Source of the DNA: Rhizaria sp. SCN 62-66
Lineage: Eukaryota
Assembly (NCBI GenBank): GCA_001724265.1
Contig: MEDY01000151.1
Span: 1-61,970, forward strand
Length of the DNA stretch: 61,970 bases
Reading direction: 5' to 3'
The first letter of the stretch is position 1. The number at the start of each line of letters is the position of its first letter. The translations under genes and the position numbers were made by a program. Of this stretch, positions 1 to 12,420 are shown one piece after another. The notes below the pieces were generated by a model, which did no database searches, had not been told where the DNA came from, and saw only the letters and a program-made list of their open reading frames with translations.

Positions 1-168
1 AGCGGGGCGATCCCAGTGCGTCGTACCAGTGTTGTGATCGATGTAGAAGTCGCGGCCCCAGGTGTCCTTGCGCGCCTCCCAGCCGCGGGGCAGCGCGGGC
101 GCGCCGGGCGGCGGACTCGCGGCCGCAGGGGTGCTCGCGGGCGGAGCGGAGGGCGTGGGGGCTGACAT
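1..168 (-). CDS. WW-domain protein, 5' part only (runs off the window edge)
   Basis: ATG at 168 opens [56 protein letters not shown], a canonical WW motif (LPxGWE...GRxFYIDHNTxTTxWxxP). A pyrimidine tract plus AG near 187-205 suggests an upstream intron, so the start is uncertain. Confidence 0.85.
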   Translation of the reverse strand, partial: MSAPTPSAPPASTPAAASPPPGAPALPRGWEARKDTWGRDFYIDHNTGTTHWDRPA

Positions 169-697
169 CAAGGGGATGCGCCGCCCTGCTTGGTAGGAAA
201 GAAAAAGAATGATACAGAGCATCAATAAGACGCAGTTGATGTTGAAACAGAAAAGAATAAATTAAACTAATACTAGCGCTCAAAAACAATGTGTTTCAGT
301 TTAAGTCTCAATAGATGTACGCGTCTACGTGACCAAAATAGGAGGAGAAAACAGCACACCCCATCAACTTGGCGCCCGCAATAAAATCGGCTGCAACGAT
401 GCCAAACCCAAGATTCAAGACTGATAATTAAAACTCAGTTGGCCTTGTTTCAATCATCGCTTAACCACAAACACGCTCTTTCATTAACGGACAAGCCGTA
501 TCAGGAACCAGACTTTTAGGTGCAAGAGAGACCTCTCCTAATCGCTTGACAGGACGGCGCTCTCGTTCCGTTACCATGGTTGACACAAAGAACCGTTACA
601 ACTTGTCCAACTTATCCAGAGTCACTCGCGCGACTGGGATGTCCGTTACGTCGAAAATCTGTATATAAGATAGAACCGACACTTAAATAGCTATACC

Positions 698-3600
698 ATG
701 CCTCCAAAGCCACAGCTGCGTGCGGTGCAGCCGGCTCCACGTCGTCCAGCATCGCGCCCCGCTCAAGCCGTTCCAACCTCTGCCCCCGCACCCCCCGCGT
801 CGACTGCGCTACTTGCATCCGAGTCTGCGCTGCTCGATGACGCCGTCCTGCTGGCGTTGAGCGTTTCACGCGACCTCCCGTGGCTGTCGACGGTCACCCG
901 GCTCAACGACGCCGCTCTGACGGCCACGGCGCAGGGCCGCCACGGGCCCGCGCACGCGCTGCTGCACCGCGCGCTCGCGCTCACAGACCCGCTGCTGGGC
1001 TCGGCCGCGCCGCCGCCCGACGCCGCTGCCGCCAGCGCCGCGGCCGCCGCCGCCGCGGGACTTTGCGCGGGCTCCACCACGCCGCTGGCGTCGCCCTTCC
1101 TGCCCGCGCTGCGCCCGCGCGACAACTACGTCGAACGCTGTCTGCGCGCCGCCACGCTCGTCAACGTCGCCCTGCTCCACCGTGCGCGCGCTGCTGCGGC
1201 TGCATCAGCGGCGGTGCCCGCCGCGAAGCTTGCCTCGTCCGCGACGGCGGCTGCTGCGGCGGCGGCGGCGTCGGCAGCGGCCTCCAACGCCTCCGTGCAA
1301 TGTCTCAATCAGGTCTGTTTTACTCACGACGTCTCTCGACCAGATCACTATTTGAAGAATCACACATGATGTGGGTTGGTTTTGCTTTATCCTCATACGC
1401 ATTATATTTGTAATGAACCTTGGCTTATTTTATTTCCTGTGATACGCTCCATATCTGCTCTCTACTGCAGGCCTGGTGTGCTGCCGACGCCGCGCTGCGA
1501 CTTGAGGCGCCCCTGCCCCCGCCGCGACCCCCCGCGCTGCTGCCGCCGGCCCTGCTTGCGTGCCCGCAGCGTCTGCGCACGGCTGGCGAGTCCGCGGCGG
1601 CCGCGGCGCTGCTGTGCCCGGCCGGCTCTCTCTCCGCGCTGGCCGCGGTGCTCTCGGCGCAGGGGCAGCACACACAAGCGCACGCGCGCACCGAAGCCGC
1701 GCTCGCCGCTGCAGCCACCGCGGTGGGCGACTGGGAGGGCGTGCTTGCCGCGCTCGACGGTGCTGTCGCCGCGGTCAAGCGCGAGGCCCGCCAACAGCGC
1801 CGCGCCTGGGCCGTGCAAGTCCGCCGCTACAACAACATCAGCAACAACAACAACAATGAGAATAACAATGACGGCAAACGCGCCCCTCCCGTGCGGCCGG
1901 CGCTGTCCGCGCACGCGCACCTGCTGCTGAGCGTGCACGCGCTGGCGCGGTCCTCGGCCGTGGCGTCGCTGAGCGCGGCGGCAGGCGCGAGCTACAATGC
2001 CGCGGTCGAGGGCGAGTACGAGGGTCAGGCCGCCGCCGTCGTCGCCGCGGGGCTAGCGCGCGCGCGCAAGCTGGGCAACATGCGTGCTGCCGCCGTGGCT
2101 GCTGCGGAGGTCGAGGCGGAGCGCACGCGCAGGGCCGAGGCGCGGGCGGCGAAGGGGCTTGCGAGCGACGACGAAGATGGCGATGACGACAACGCTGATG
2201 ACGGCAAAGTCTCTGAACCCGGCACGAGCACAGGCAAGAGCGGTGACGACAAGAGTACAACAAAGGCTGCGGTCATTATTGTTGCTGAGGACGATGACAG
2301 CGGCGATGAAAGCGCTAACCGTGCGAAGTTAGCCGTTGATAGCCCCTCCGCCGCAGCCGCTGCAGCGGCTGTAGTGACCGACGCCGCGGCCGACTCCGAC
2401 GCTGACTCTGACGCTGAGTCGGGGTCGGACGCTGGCTCTGAGGCTGACCCTGAGACGGAGCCACATGCCCCCACCAATGACGCGAACGCTGACCCACCGC
2501 CCGCTGCGGACGCCACTGCTCCGCCAGCAAAGCCCGAGTCCACCGCTGTCACTGCAGCTGCGCCCGCACCACCAGCACTGTTTTTCCCCCCGCCTCTGTC
2601 GCTGCGGCGCGGCTTTCCCGCCTTTGCGGCCGACGCCGCGCTGGCATGGACCGCGCGTGCCACCGTGGGGCTGCTGCGGCACCTGCTGGTGCGGAAGTTA
2701 GGCCGTGCCATGAACATTGGTCGCCTGGGCCGCGGCATCAACGCCGCGCGCAATCGCAACAATAACGGCTACGACGACGATGAATTCGACGACTGCTATC
2801 ACGGCAGCCGCGACCACGACGCCGGCCACGACCACAGCGCCGTCGACGGCGAGGAGAGCGACGACGAAGCGACTGCACTGGCCCAGGCCCCCGCGGCCGA
2901 CTGGTGCCCGCTGCTCGGACTCGCCGCCTCGGGCTACGTCGTCACCCCGCTCGTCCCCACGCCAGACGCCCGCCGCGGCGCCGCGAGCATCAGCACCGTT
3001 GACGTCAACAGCAGCGCCGCCGTGGGGCTCAAGTCCGCGAACGACCTCAGCGCGCGCGACGCGACTGCGCGCGCCTCGCGCGGTCGCAGCGCCACCACAG
3101 CACGCAGCGTCGGCGCAGGGCAAAAGGCCGCTGCAAGTCGTCCTGGCACTGCGACGCGGCCGGGCTCCAGTCGCGCTGCGTCCTCCGCGCTGACCGTTGC
3201 GAGCTCCACGGCTGCGAGCGCGAATGCGAGTGCCGTTGTGCAGATTCCGGCAAGCGTGTTGGCGCACTGGTTCGACGCCCTCACGCTGCCGCCGCATCCG
3301 TCGCAGTCTCAGGATGCGTCTTACGCCGCTGCGGTGGCGGCGACGGTCGGGGCGCGCGCGCGTCTGCTGCTTTCTCCGCTGCTGACCGATGTATTGAACG
3401 ATCTCGCCGCGGCCCCGGGTCAGCGCTTCCGCTTCCAGCAACAGCAGCAGCATGAAGTGCCCGAAAACAGCACCGAAGGCAACTGCGACGACAAGAACAC
3501 CAACGGCAGTGAGGGCGAGCGCGGGAGCGCGCGCGCGGTGGCTGGCGCTGTCGCCGCGATGTTGACCTCGATGCGCGACGTGCTGGAGGCCGGTGACGTG

Positions 3601-4029
3601 CGGCTGTACCGCTCGCAGCGCGAGCGGCAGCAGCGTGCGATGGACGAGCAGCACGAGATCCAGACCCGCTACCAGCAAGAGCTCGCCGCGCGCACCGGCC
3701 GCGCCGCGCCGCCGCCGCCCGCTCGCGAGATTGCGCCGCCGCTGTGTTTGGACGACGGTGAGCTTGCCGCGGCGCTCCACGCCCTGCCTGCGTCGTTCGT
3801 GGTCGAGATGCTCACAGTCGCCCACCGCAGCCAAGCAGCACTGGCCGCGCCTGCGGGCGCGCCGCTCGGGGCACCGCTGGGGACGCCCTTCAACCCGCCG
3901 TTGCACACACCGCCGCCACAGCGCGCGCAGACCGGGTTGGGCGAGGTTGCTGCCGCAGTTGGCGTACTGACTACAGCGGCGCGCGCTCGGGCGGGCGTCA
4001 TTGTGGCGGCGGTTGCACGCGGCGAGTAA
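698..4029 (+). CDS. Ala-rich hypothetical protein with TPR-like helical segments; exons 698-1312 and 1471-4029
   Basis: AT-rich phase-0 intron 1313-1470 (GTCTGT...CTGCAG) joins ORFs 698 and 1420 in frame. Segments such as LNDAALTATAQGRHGPAHALLHRALAL and LSALAAVLSAQGQHTQAHARTEAAL resemble TPR repeats. Ends in TAA, which overlaps a possible donor (GTAAGG). Confidence 0.65.
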
Positions 4030-4487
4030 GGTGTCTCTTCAAGTCAAGATCGCAAGGCATACCGCGCGATAGTCAAAATCAACCATGTATATCTAGCATT
4101 TGGAATACCTACATATCTTGTGATTTGCGATAAATTCGTAATACATTCATTTTTTAAGTCATCTGCACGCTTCTTTGCATTTCCCAATCAAGTCTCTCAA
4201 CCCGCACGAGCCGCCAAGGCTCAGAGGGGGCTCGAAGTTTTGAAAAGTCTCAGACCTATATCTCCGTCATCTCTCTGTAGATTTAAATGTTAAGATTATT
4301 TTGGAATAATATCGTTATTATTTGGTTGGGGTCTTGAATTAGAATCTCTTCATTTTATACATGTCTCTCTTGAACCCTCTTTGAAAGCATCTAGTCTGAG
4401 GTGCAGAAAGCATCAGACCTACAGCTCTCTTTCGACCGAACCTAGCTTGCCATACGCGTGCGCTTGAGTGCACGTTCTACATCTAGT

Positions 4488-7400
4488 ATGAGCAGACCTG
4501 CTCTCTATCCGGAAGAGTTGACTGCACTGCCTACAGTGCGGTCTACCCCAACAGATCCCCTTGCGGCGGCCTCAGCCCACGATGCGACCTCATACATGAC
4601 ATCGTCTTCGTCGTCGCGCCCGCATGCTCTTATCTCGCACTCACCCGCACTACACAACGCGCTTTACGTGCCCCGTGAGCGTGTGCACTTGTCTGCGCCG
4701 GCTTTGGACTCCGCAGCAGCCCGCGAGATCCCCTCCGAGGTGTACCACGCCCACTACAACCCGACCCCTTCGCACGCTCTCGCCCCCACGGGCCTCACTG
4801 CGCGCGCGCCCGAAAGCGGCTACGATGGCGTGGGGCGCACCGTTCCCGGCGTCGCGCACGCCGGGTGGCCGCTGGACGCGCCCTCACTGCGCCCCGCGCG
4901 CCACGGCCCCGTGCTGCCCTGGACGTACGTCTCCGCCTCCGCCGCCGCGGCCGCCATGTCTGACGCGCCCTCCTCGTCGCTGCCCTGCGCGCACAGCGCG
5001 GCCGACTCCGCGGCCTGCGGCGGCACGGCAGCCCCGGTGTCGGCGCTGACGGGGGCGCTTGCGGCGGGCACGCTAGGTCCGGTGTCAACTGCCCCGCTGT
5101 CCGAAACAGGACGGATGCTGCTCGCTGCCAACGCAGCCGCTACTCACAACAATCATCACAATCATCACAATCATCTAGGACACGGGCATGGATACATTGA
5201 CCCTCACTCTGTCAGTCGTTTGTCTTTTGGAGGCGCTACCTCGAGTTCAAGCTCTGGTGACAACTGCGCGTCTCACTCTTGCGCTGACTCGAACTCCTGC
5301 TTTGGCGCCAGCTCAAGCACAGGCCCGCGTAACTGCAGCAGCAGCAACAACAACAACAACAACAACCCCGGTGCGATGCCCGCCGCGTCGTCGGTCTCCG
5401 TCTCCAGCCTGGGCTACCACGGGCCACCGCGCGTGTCTGCCGCCTCGGCCGCCGTGACCAGCTCCGCGGCCGTGTCTTCCGCCACCGGGCTCTTCCCCGC
5501 GCTGCCCAGTCCCGACACGGCCGTCGGCAGCGGCTACGGCGGCGGCTACACCGGGAGTGGCAGCTACGGCGAAGGCCTGGCCGTGCCGCTTACCGTCGGC
5601 GCGCCGGACCGCGGCGTGCCGTGTGGGCCGCACGCGCGCTGTCAGCCCGCCGGCTGCGCGCCCGACGGCGCCGCCCGCTGCGGGCTCCATTGCCGCTGCC
5701 ATCTGCACGCGGACGGCTCGCTCTGCGGCGGCGACGACTGTGAGCGAGCCCCCGCGCCGCCGGCCTGTATGCACTGCGGCGGCGCGCGGCGCTGGCGCGG
5801 GGACGCGCGCATGTGCGACTGCGCGGGGCCGCCGCCTGGGTCTCACAGTGAGGAGACGGGGACGCGCGCGGTGAACTGGGACCCTCGCTACGGTGACCCC
5901 GAGCTCGCCACCGCGCACCCACGGTACTCGCTGACCGTGGGCCCACGGTGGACCGAGACCGTGACGCACCGCCCCGCGGCGCCCGCGATCCCGGACCGCG
6001 CCGCGCAGGCCAACACTGTCATCGCGACCAAGGGCAGCGCGGCGGCGGAGTTCGCGGCGGGCGCGGCGCCGGCGACGGGCGCTGGGAGCGTGCGGGCGAG
6101 CCGCGACACCAAGGGACCGTACTCGGCCGCGTCGCGCGCGTGGGGCTACGTCGACCAGGGCTTTGCGGCGTCGGAGGCGGAGGGGGCGGCGCAGGTCAGC
6201 GGCGCCGGGGTGCGCGCACAAGGACTCGCCCCCGGATGCTGTGAGGGCCTTATCATCGCGCCCGCGCCGGCAACCACGTACGTGAATCTGCAAAACAAGA
6301 TATTGATTCTTTTAAATGTTGAATTAGGTTATTTTGTATTTCCTCTGCTTAATTTAGAATCTGCTCACCGAGATATACGGAACCCCTCTCTCATCCGCTT
6401 TCTTTTCCTCACTTCGCAGGCAACGCGCCGTCGAGCCCCGCGGGTCATACCCCGCGAACCGGCAGTGCGGCTGCGACGACTACCACCCTGCGCGTTTGCC
6501 GCACCTCACCTCGCCCGCGTACCTCCGCGCGCACCCGAACCTGGTGGGCCCGCGCTTTGCCGACGCCAGCCAAGCCCCCCGGTGGGCCGAGGTCGGCGCC
6601 GCGGAGGCAGCTCTGTCCGCTGAGACGCGCCTCGCCCTCGCGCGCTCCCGCCGCGGCCGCAGCGCAGGTAACAGCGGCTCCGCAGCGGGGGCGGCGCGCA
6701 CGGTGGACGAGGAGGAGCAGGACGCGATCATCAGCGCACTGGAACGCGAACTGGGGCTCGACATGGGCGCGGAAGCAAAGCCGCGTCAAGATGTTAAGCC
6801 GCATGGCACCGCAGCGCACGCACGCAGCCGGCTGACAGTGCCCAGCTGGGCCGCTGCAGCCGCTGCGGGGCGTCCTCCGAGCCCCGCCGACCCTGAGCGC
6901 GTGCTCGCCGAGGTCGAGGCGAGCATGGCTGGCGCCGGCTCCGGTCTAAGTACCCCCATAGCCGCGAACAAGGGCGAGCGCGAGCGCTTCATGCACCCGC
7001 GCGAGGCTCTGTTCGCCGAGAACTTTCCGCCCGCAGCGGCGCGCGGGTGCGCGCGCACTGCCGTCGACGCGTGTGGCGGCTGCGACGCCGCGGGCGAGTG
7101 CGCGTGCGCCTGCTGCTGCCGCTGCGAGTGTCAGGGAGAGGTGGCCGAGGCGCTTGCGGACCGCCTGCGCCGCGGGCTCGGCAACTTCTACGCGCCCATT
7201 GCCGCCACCGCAGACTCCACCGGTGACGGTGTTGTGGCCGCGGCCGCGGCTGCTGCTGCTGGTGACAGCAGCGAGGCCAAGAGCGACTCTGGCAGCCCGG
7301 GCCCAACAACCGCGTCTGGATCCCCCTCAGCTGGACCTGCGCCCGGGCTCGCCGCCGTGGCCGCGCGGGCAGCGGGCGGCAACTCGGTCCAACTCGTCAC

Positions 7401-10400
7401 TGTCTCCAACGCCAAGGGCAGCGGTGCTGGTAACGGTGAGGCGACTGCGGGCAGCACCAGCGGTGGCGGCAGCGGCAGCGGCGCGTTTGAGCTCGTGACC
7501 GTGGGGACCGTTGACCGCAGCCGCCGCGACCGCTACCGCGCGTGGCCCACGGTCACCCCCGCCGTCTCCAAGCTTGTCGACGGCGCCATCAAGAGCCAGA
7601 GTCAGAGTGAGGCTGCGCCTGACTCCGACTCTGATCCGGCCTCTGATCAGTCACAATCGCAGAGTGTGTCACGCCCGTTCGTCGCCCCCGGCCCCGCCGC
7701 GTCCGCGTGCGCCGCGCAGCCCTCCGCCAGCGCGCCCGCGGCCGGCCCCGGCGCCGCGACGGCGGGCGCAGTGGCCCATTACCTGCGCTACGACGCCGTC
7801 TCCGACGCGGACGTGCTTGTCGCGCTCGAGCGCAGCGTCTACGGCGTGTACACAGCCTCGGTCATTGGCTGGACGCACCACCGCTGCCCTGCCGACAATG
7901 GCAACGGTGGCGCGACGGGAGACGCCGGGGCGCACTCTGCGAGCAGTCCCATCTACGCCGGCCTGCCGCCGATGTGGGCTGGGCCCGCCAAGGAGACTCT
8001 TGGGGCTCCTCAACGCGCGAAAAAGAGCGCTACCACGACTGGGTCTGACGCAAACGCGGATAGTGACAGCAAGATTGGTGCCGACGATGCTGTCACTGAA
8101 GTACAGCAGGAGCAGGAGCAGGAGCAAGTGCGGCACTTGACGCAGTACTCCCGGCTGCACGCGCGGCCGTGCGAGGCCTGTGCGCCGGCGCCGCTGCCCC
8201 CGTCGCGCACCCGCGGCGGCGGCCTCTTCGCGCTGTGCGGCTGCCGCTGCCACGCGCGCGCCGGCGCCGGGCGCGGCCACGGCCACCGGCACCGGCTGCC
8301 CGCGGCCGCGCAGACGCTGGCGTTCGGCACGCCGCTGCTGGTGCCGCCGTCGCAGTTTCGCGGCGCTGCCGAGCACCTTGACTCGCGCGAAGGGCTGCAC
8401 GACCGCATTGTCAAGGCGACGCGCGATCACCAGCTGCACCACCGCAGCCGCGCGCACGCGCAGTCGGTCGCCGCGCTGCAGCAGGCGCGCGCCCAGTCGC
8501 GCGCGCGCGCCGCGGCGCGGGAGCGGGCGGCGGAGACGGCGCGCGGCCGTGTGATGGAGGAGGATGAGGTGGAGAGACTGGAACGCGAGCTCAGCGCAGG
8601 GCCGATCGCGGCGGGGCACTGGCTGCAGCAGCAAGAGCGACAGCAGGAACTTCTGCAACAGCATCAACAGCAACAGCAGCAACAGCAACAGCAGAATAGC
8701 GACGCCAGCACGCAGGCTATCAGTAATGCAAGTGGCGGCGTTGTCGGTGCTGACGCCAGCATGGACCAGGGTGCGCTAGCTGCGCTGCTGAATCCCTCCG
8801 CCGCGGGCCATGACAGTGCTGCTGCCCCTGCGGGTGACAGTGCTGCCGACTTGGCCGCAGATCTCGATGCCCTGCCTCGAGCGGCTGCAAACGGCACCAT
8901 TGCACGCGAGACTTTTGCACCTCCCATGACCACTGCCTCGCAACAGAATGCACCTGCCATGGCGTCTGTTATTGCTCCAGTAGGAAGTGAAAATCTTCCT
9001 GTGCACTATCCGTCCAGCACGAGCGCGTGCGTAGGCCCTGGCGTGACGTCGGTGCTGGGCGGCGACCGCGCCGAGTCCCCCGGTGTCTCCGTGCCAGTCT
9101 GGCGCCGCGCCCGCACTGCGGCCGAGGCCGGCCACTGCGTCACCAAGATGGTCTCCGGCTTTGACGCCGACACGGACCCCATCGCGCGCGCACACGCAGC
9201 TGCAGACTCGCATACGCTACCGCGCGCGAGCTCCGGCTCCCGCCTCGGGCCCGGTGCGCTCGTCTACTCGTCGATGCCGACGTTCACATCGGCGTACCTG
9301 CCGTCGCAGTCGCCTCTGTCGCCAGCGCTGCACGCCGCCGCGCTCGTGCAGCGCGGGGCCGGCACGCGCCCCCACTCCGCCGCCGCTGCAGCCGCGGCCG
9401 CCGCAGCCTCCGTTGGATCTCCAGCGAACGCTGAGCGGATGACTGGTTGGTCCGGCGCAGTGCTGCACACGCAGACGCACGTGCGCGGCCACCGCTTCGT
9501 TCCGCCGCCGCTGGTGCCCTACCAGCCCGTGTCCGCCGCGTCCGCCGCCGCCTCAGCCGCGCGCGCCGCTGCAGCCACCACCGTGGCGACCGCTGCTGCG
9601 ACTGAACGCGCCACGGCCGTGGCGGCGCGCGCGGGCACGTGGGTGCCCGTGGGACAGGGCGTGCGTGTGGGCGCCGCCGCGTACGAGCCCAAGCTCGCGG
9701 TCGGCGAGGCTGCGGGCCCGCTGCGCCGCGGCGCGGGCGAGCGAAGTGCCCCCACCACGCTGTCGCTCGCGCACGCGCTCTCGATCTGCTCCCCCGCAGT
9801 CCCCGCCGCGGGCGCGGAGCTGGCGGTAGCGTCCCCCGCCGCCGTCGCCGGCGCGGTCGCGGCGGGCGTGACCGTGGGCCGCGCGTCGGCCGCGGGCGTT
9901 CCCGCCGCCGGACCCGTCCGCACGGCGGCCGCCGCGGCCGCCGCCGAGGCGCGCGCGCGGGCGAAGCAGACCCGCCCCGCGTCGGCCGGCGCAGTGCGCC
10001 TCCAGGCGCCGGGCGTGAATGAGGTCGCGTCGTTCGTGATGCGCCGGCTGCCCCCCGGTTCCGTGGCGGCGGAGCAGCGCGCCAAGACCAAGGCCGTGCT
10101 CAGCGCCAACGCCGCGGGGGGCAAGAATGAGGCCGCCGCGGCGCCGCCTGCTGCGGAAGCGCCTGCCAAGAGCGTTGCGAAGCCCAAGCCCAAGCCGAAG
10201 GCGGTCAAGGCCGAGAGTGTGGCTAAGAGTGACGAAAAGACGGGTGGCGATAATAAAGATAAAGAGAAGGCCAAGGCGAGTCCTGTGGTGACGAAGAAGC
10301 CTGAGACGAAGCCTGTCTCTAAGTCTGCGACTGCGCCCGCACCTGCTGTGACAGCTCCGGTTTCTTCACGCGACAAGAGCACGCTGAGTGTAACTGGCGA

Positions 10401-12045
10401 GCTGCCGACTGCGCGCACCAAGAGCGGACGCCTTGCCGTGCCTGCGCAAAGTCTAGCCGCTGCCTCACCGAAACCCGTCCCCGTTCCTGTCCCGGTTCCT
10501 GCGCCTGCTCCTGTTCCGCTCCCCGTCTCCGTCGCCGCCGCCGCCACCACCGCCGCCGCTGGCGCCGGCGAAAGCGACGTGGAGATCGACGTCGGGCTCA
10601 GCGGGCTCATCTCGCCACCTTCGCCGCTATCGCCCGCCGCGGACCCCACGGGCTCTGCTCACGGTCACTCGAGCGAGGCGCACCCGCTCGTGCCCGCGCT
10701 CGCGCTGCCGCTGGCGCCCCAGCCCACGGCAGCACCGCCCGTGAGGGGGCCCGCGACTGGGGCGGCGACGCAGGCGGTGCGGCGCCCGTCGCTGGCCCCG
10801 CCCGACATGAGTCTGCCGCCGCCGCCGCTGCCCTCGCCGCTGCCGCACGGGCACGGTCACGGTCACGGACACCCACATGCATCGACGCAGGCCTCCACAC
10901 CGGCGCCCGTGGCGGTCAGCGGCGGCGTCGGCGACGTCGTCATTATCCCGGCACACATCAGCATCCCGCAGCAGGCGTTCAACCCGTCGCAGCCGCCGCA
11001 TGAGCCGCTGCCGTTGGCGGTGGCGCCCACGGCTGGACTTGCCAGCCTCACCGGCTCCGGGCTCGGCGCAGGACTGGGCCTGGGGCTGCAGAGCGCAGGC
11101 CCCGGCGCCGGCGCGGGAGTGGCGGGCATGGAGACCGTGAGCTTCGGCGTCACCCCGCTCTCGCAGTCGCTCGCGCTGTCGCAGCCGAGCGCGCGCCCGC
11201 TGATGTCTAACGCGCTTGGCACCGGCTCGTTCGGCCTCAGCACCTTCGGCGCTTCCTTCGCGCAACCCGCCGCGATCAACAGCCACAGCACTGGAACAGT
11301 AGCATTCGGTGCTGGTTCGTTCGGCGGCCTCGGTAGCAACAACAACACCTTCGGCGGCGGCTCCAGCACCTTTGGCTACCTTGACCGCGCAGGCCAGAGC
11401 CCAAGCGCGGCCTACGGCGCCGGCGCAGGATACGGGGCTACCGGCCCGAGGCCCGGCTTCGGCAGCGGCAGCGGCGCCGGCGCCGGCGGCAATGGCGGTC
11501 TGAATCCGAGTGTCGACGCGGGTCCAGTGTCTGACCGCGTTGCGCCGGCTGCTTCAGCGAGCCCCGCGCCCTCGCTTGCGTCCTCACTGGCCGCGCAGTC
11601 CGCCGCAGGCAGCGCCGCGCCGTCGGGCCTCAACGTGACCCTGGGCGCTGGCGCTGGCGCTGGCACTGCGATGCCGACTGGGCTGGCGAGGTTAAGTCAT
11701 CTGCGCGACATTGCGCGCAAGTACGCGACGCCCAATGGGTCCGTGGTCAGCGGCTCCACCGTCGCGGGCTCCGTCGTGAGCCGTAACAGCGGCAGCAGCG
11801 GCGGCGGCAGTAACATCGGTACGGGACCAACAACAAACCCCAACAATTCTGGCGCGGCGGTTGTGCCGAGCACCGCGCCGGCGAACAGCGGGGCTGCGCC
11901 GAGAGAGCCTGCGCTAGTGCGCGCGCTCAGCACCAACACGCCCGAGCTGCCGCTGCCGTCGCCGCCCGCAGACGCCACGCCGCGTCCCGGTGTGCCAGCC
12001 ACTGCGCCGGAGACCCTGACGGCAACTGTTAGTGCGCCTGTCTAA
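4488..12045 (+). CDS. Very large (~2470 aa) low-complexity hypothetical protein; exons 4488-6277 and 6420-12045
   Basis: Intron 6278-6419 (GTACGT...TTCGCAG, phase 2) joins ORFs 4458 and 6496 in frame. Ala/Pro/Gly/Ser-rich with several Cys clusters; no domain recognised; TAA stop. Confidence 0.7.
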
Positions 12046-12420
12046 TTGGTTTGAAGAGAACTAAAACACGCGTGATATATAGAAATACACTTGATTTAAC
12101 TTGTACTACAATTATTTTTCAATAATAAAATGCATCCCGCCTTGTACACTTGTTGAAAGTGAGCCGCCAGTCAAAAATCAGCTTCGTTGGACCGAAAAAA
12201 GCGGCGGCCACGTTCTGAGAGAAGAAACTGCCACTATGAAAAGTATCTCTGTTTGACAGCTGTCCATCGTAAGTTACTTTGTGGGCGATGTATCATTATT
12301 CTCATATTAATTTTTATGTAACCTGATTTTGTAGCCTCTAGAGACCCGCAATAAGCCTTCCAACGGGGCTCTGACATCAGCAACTAAACTCAGTCAACGC
12401 CCTATCAGAAATCAAGTGGG

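Noticed and set aside
4024-4460. Possible intron (GA|GTAAGG) fusing the first two + strand genes
   Set aside because: No convincing acceptor tract found and the donor differs from the local consensus; cannot be resolved without RNA data.
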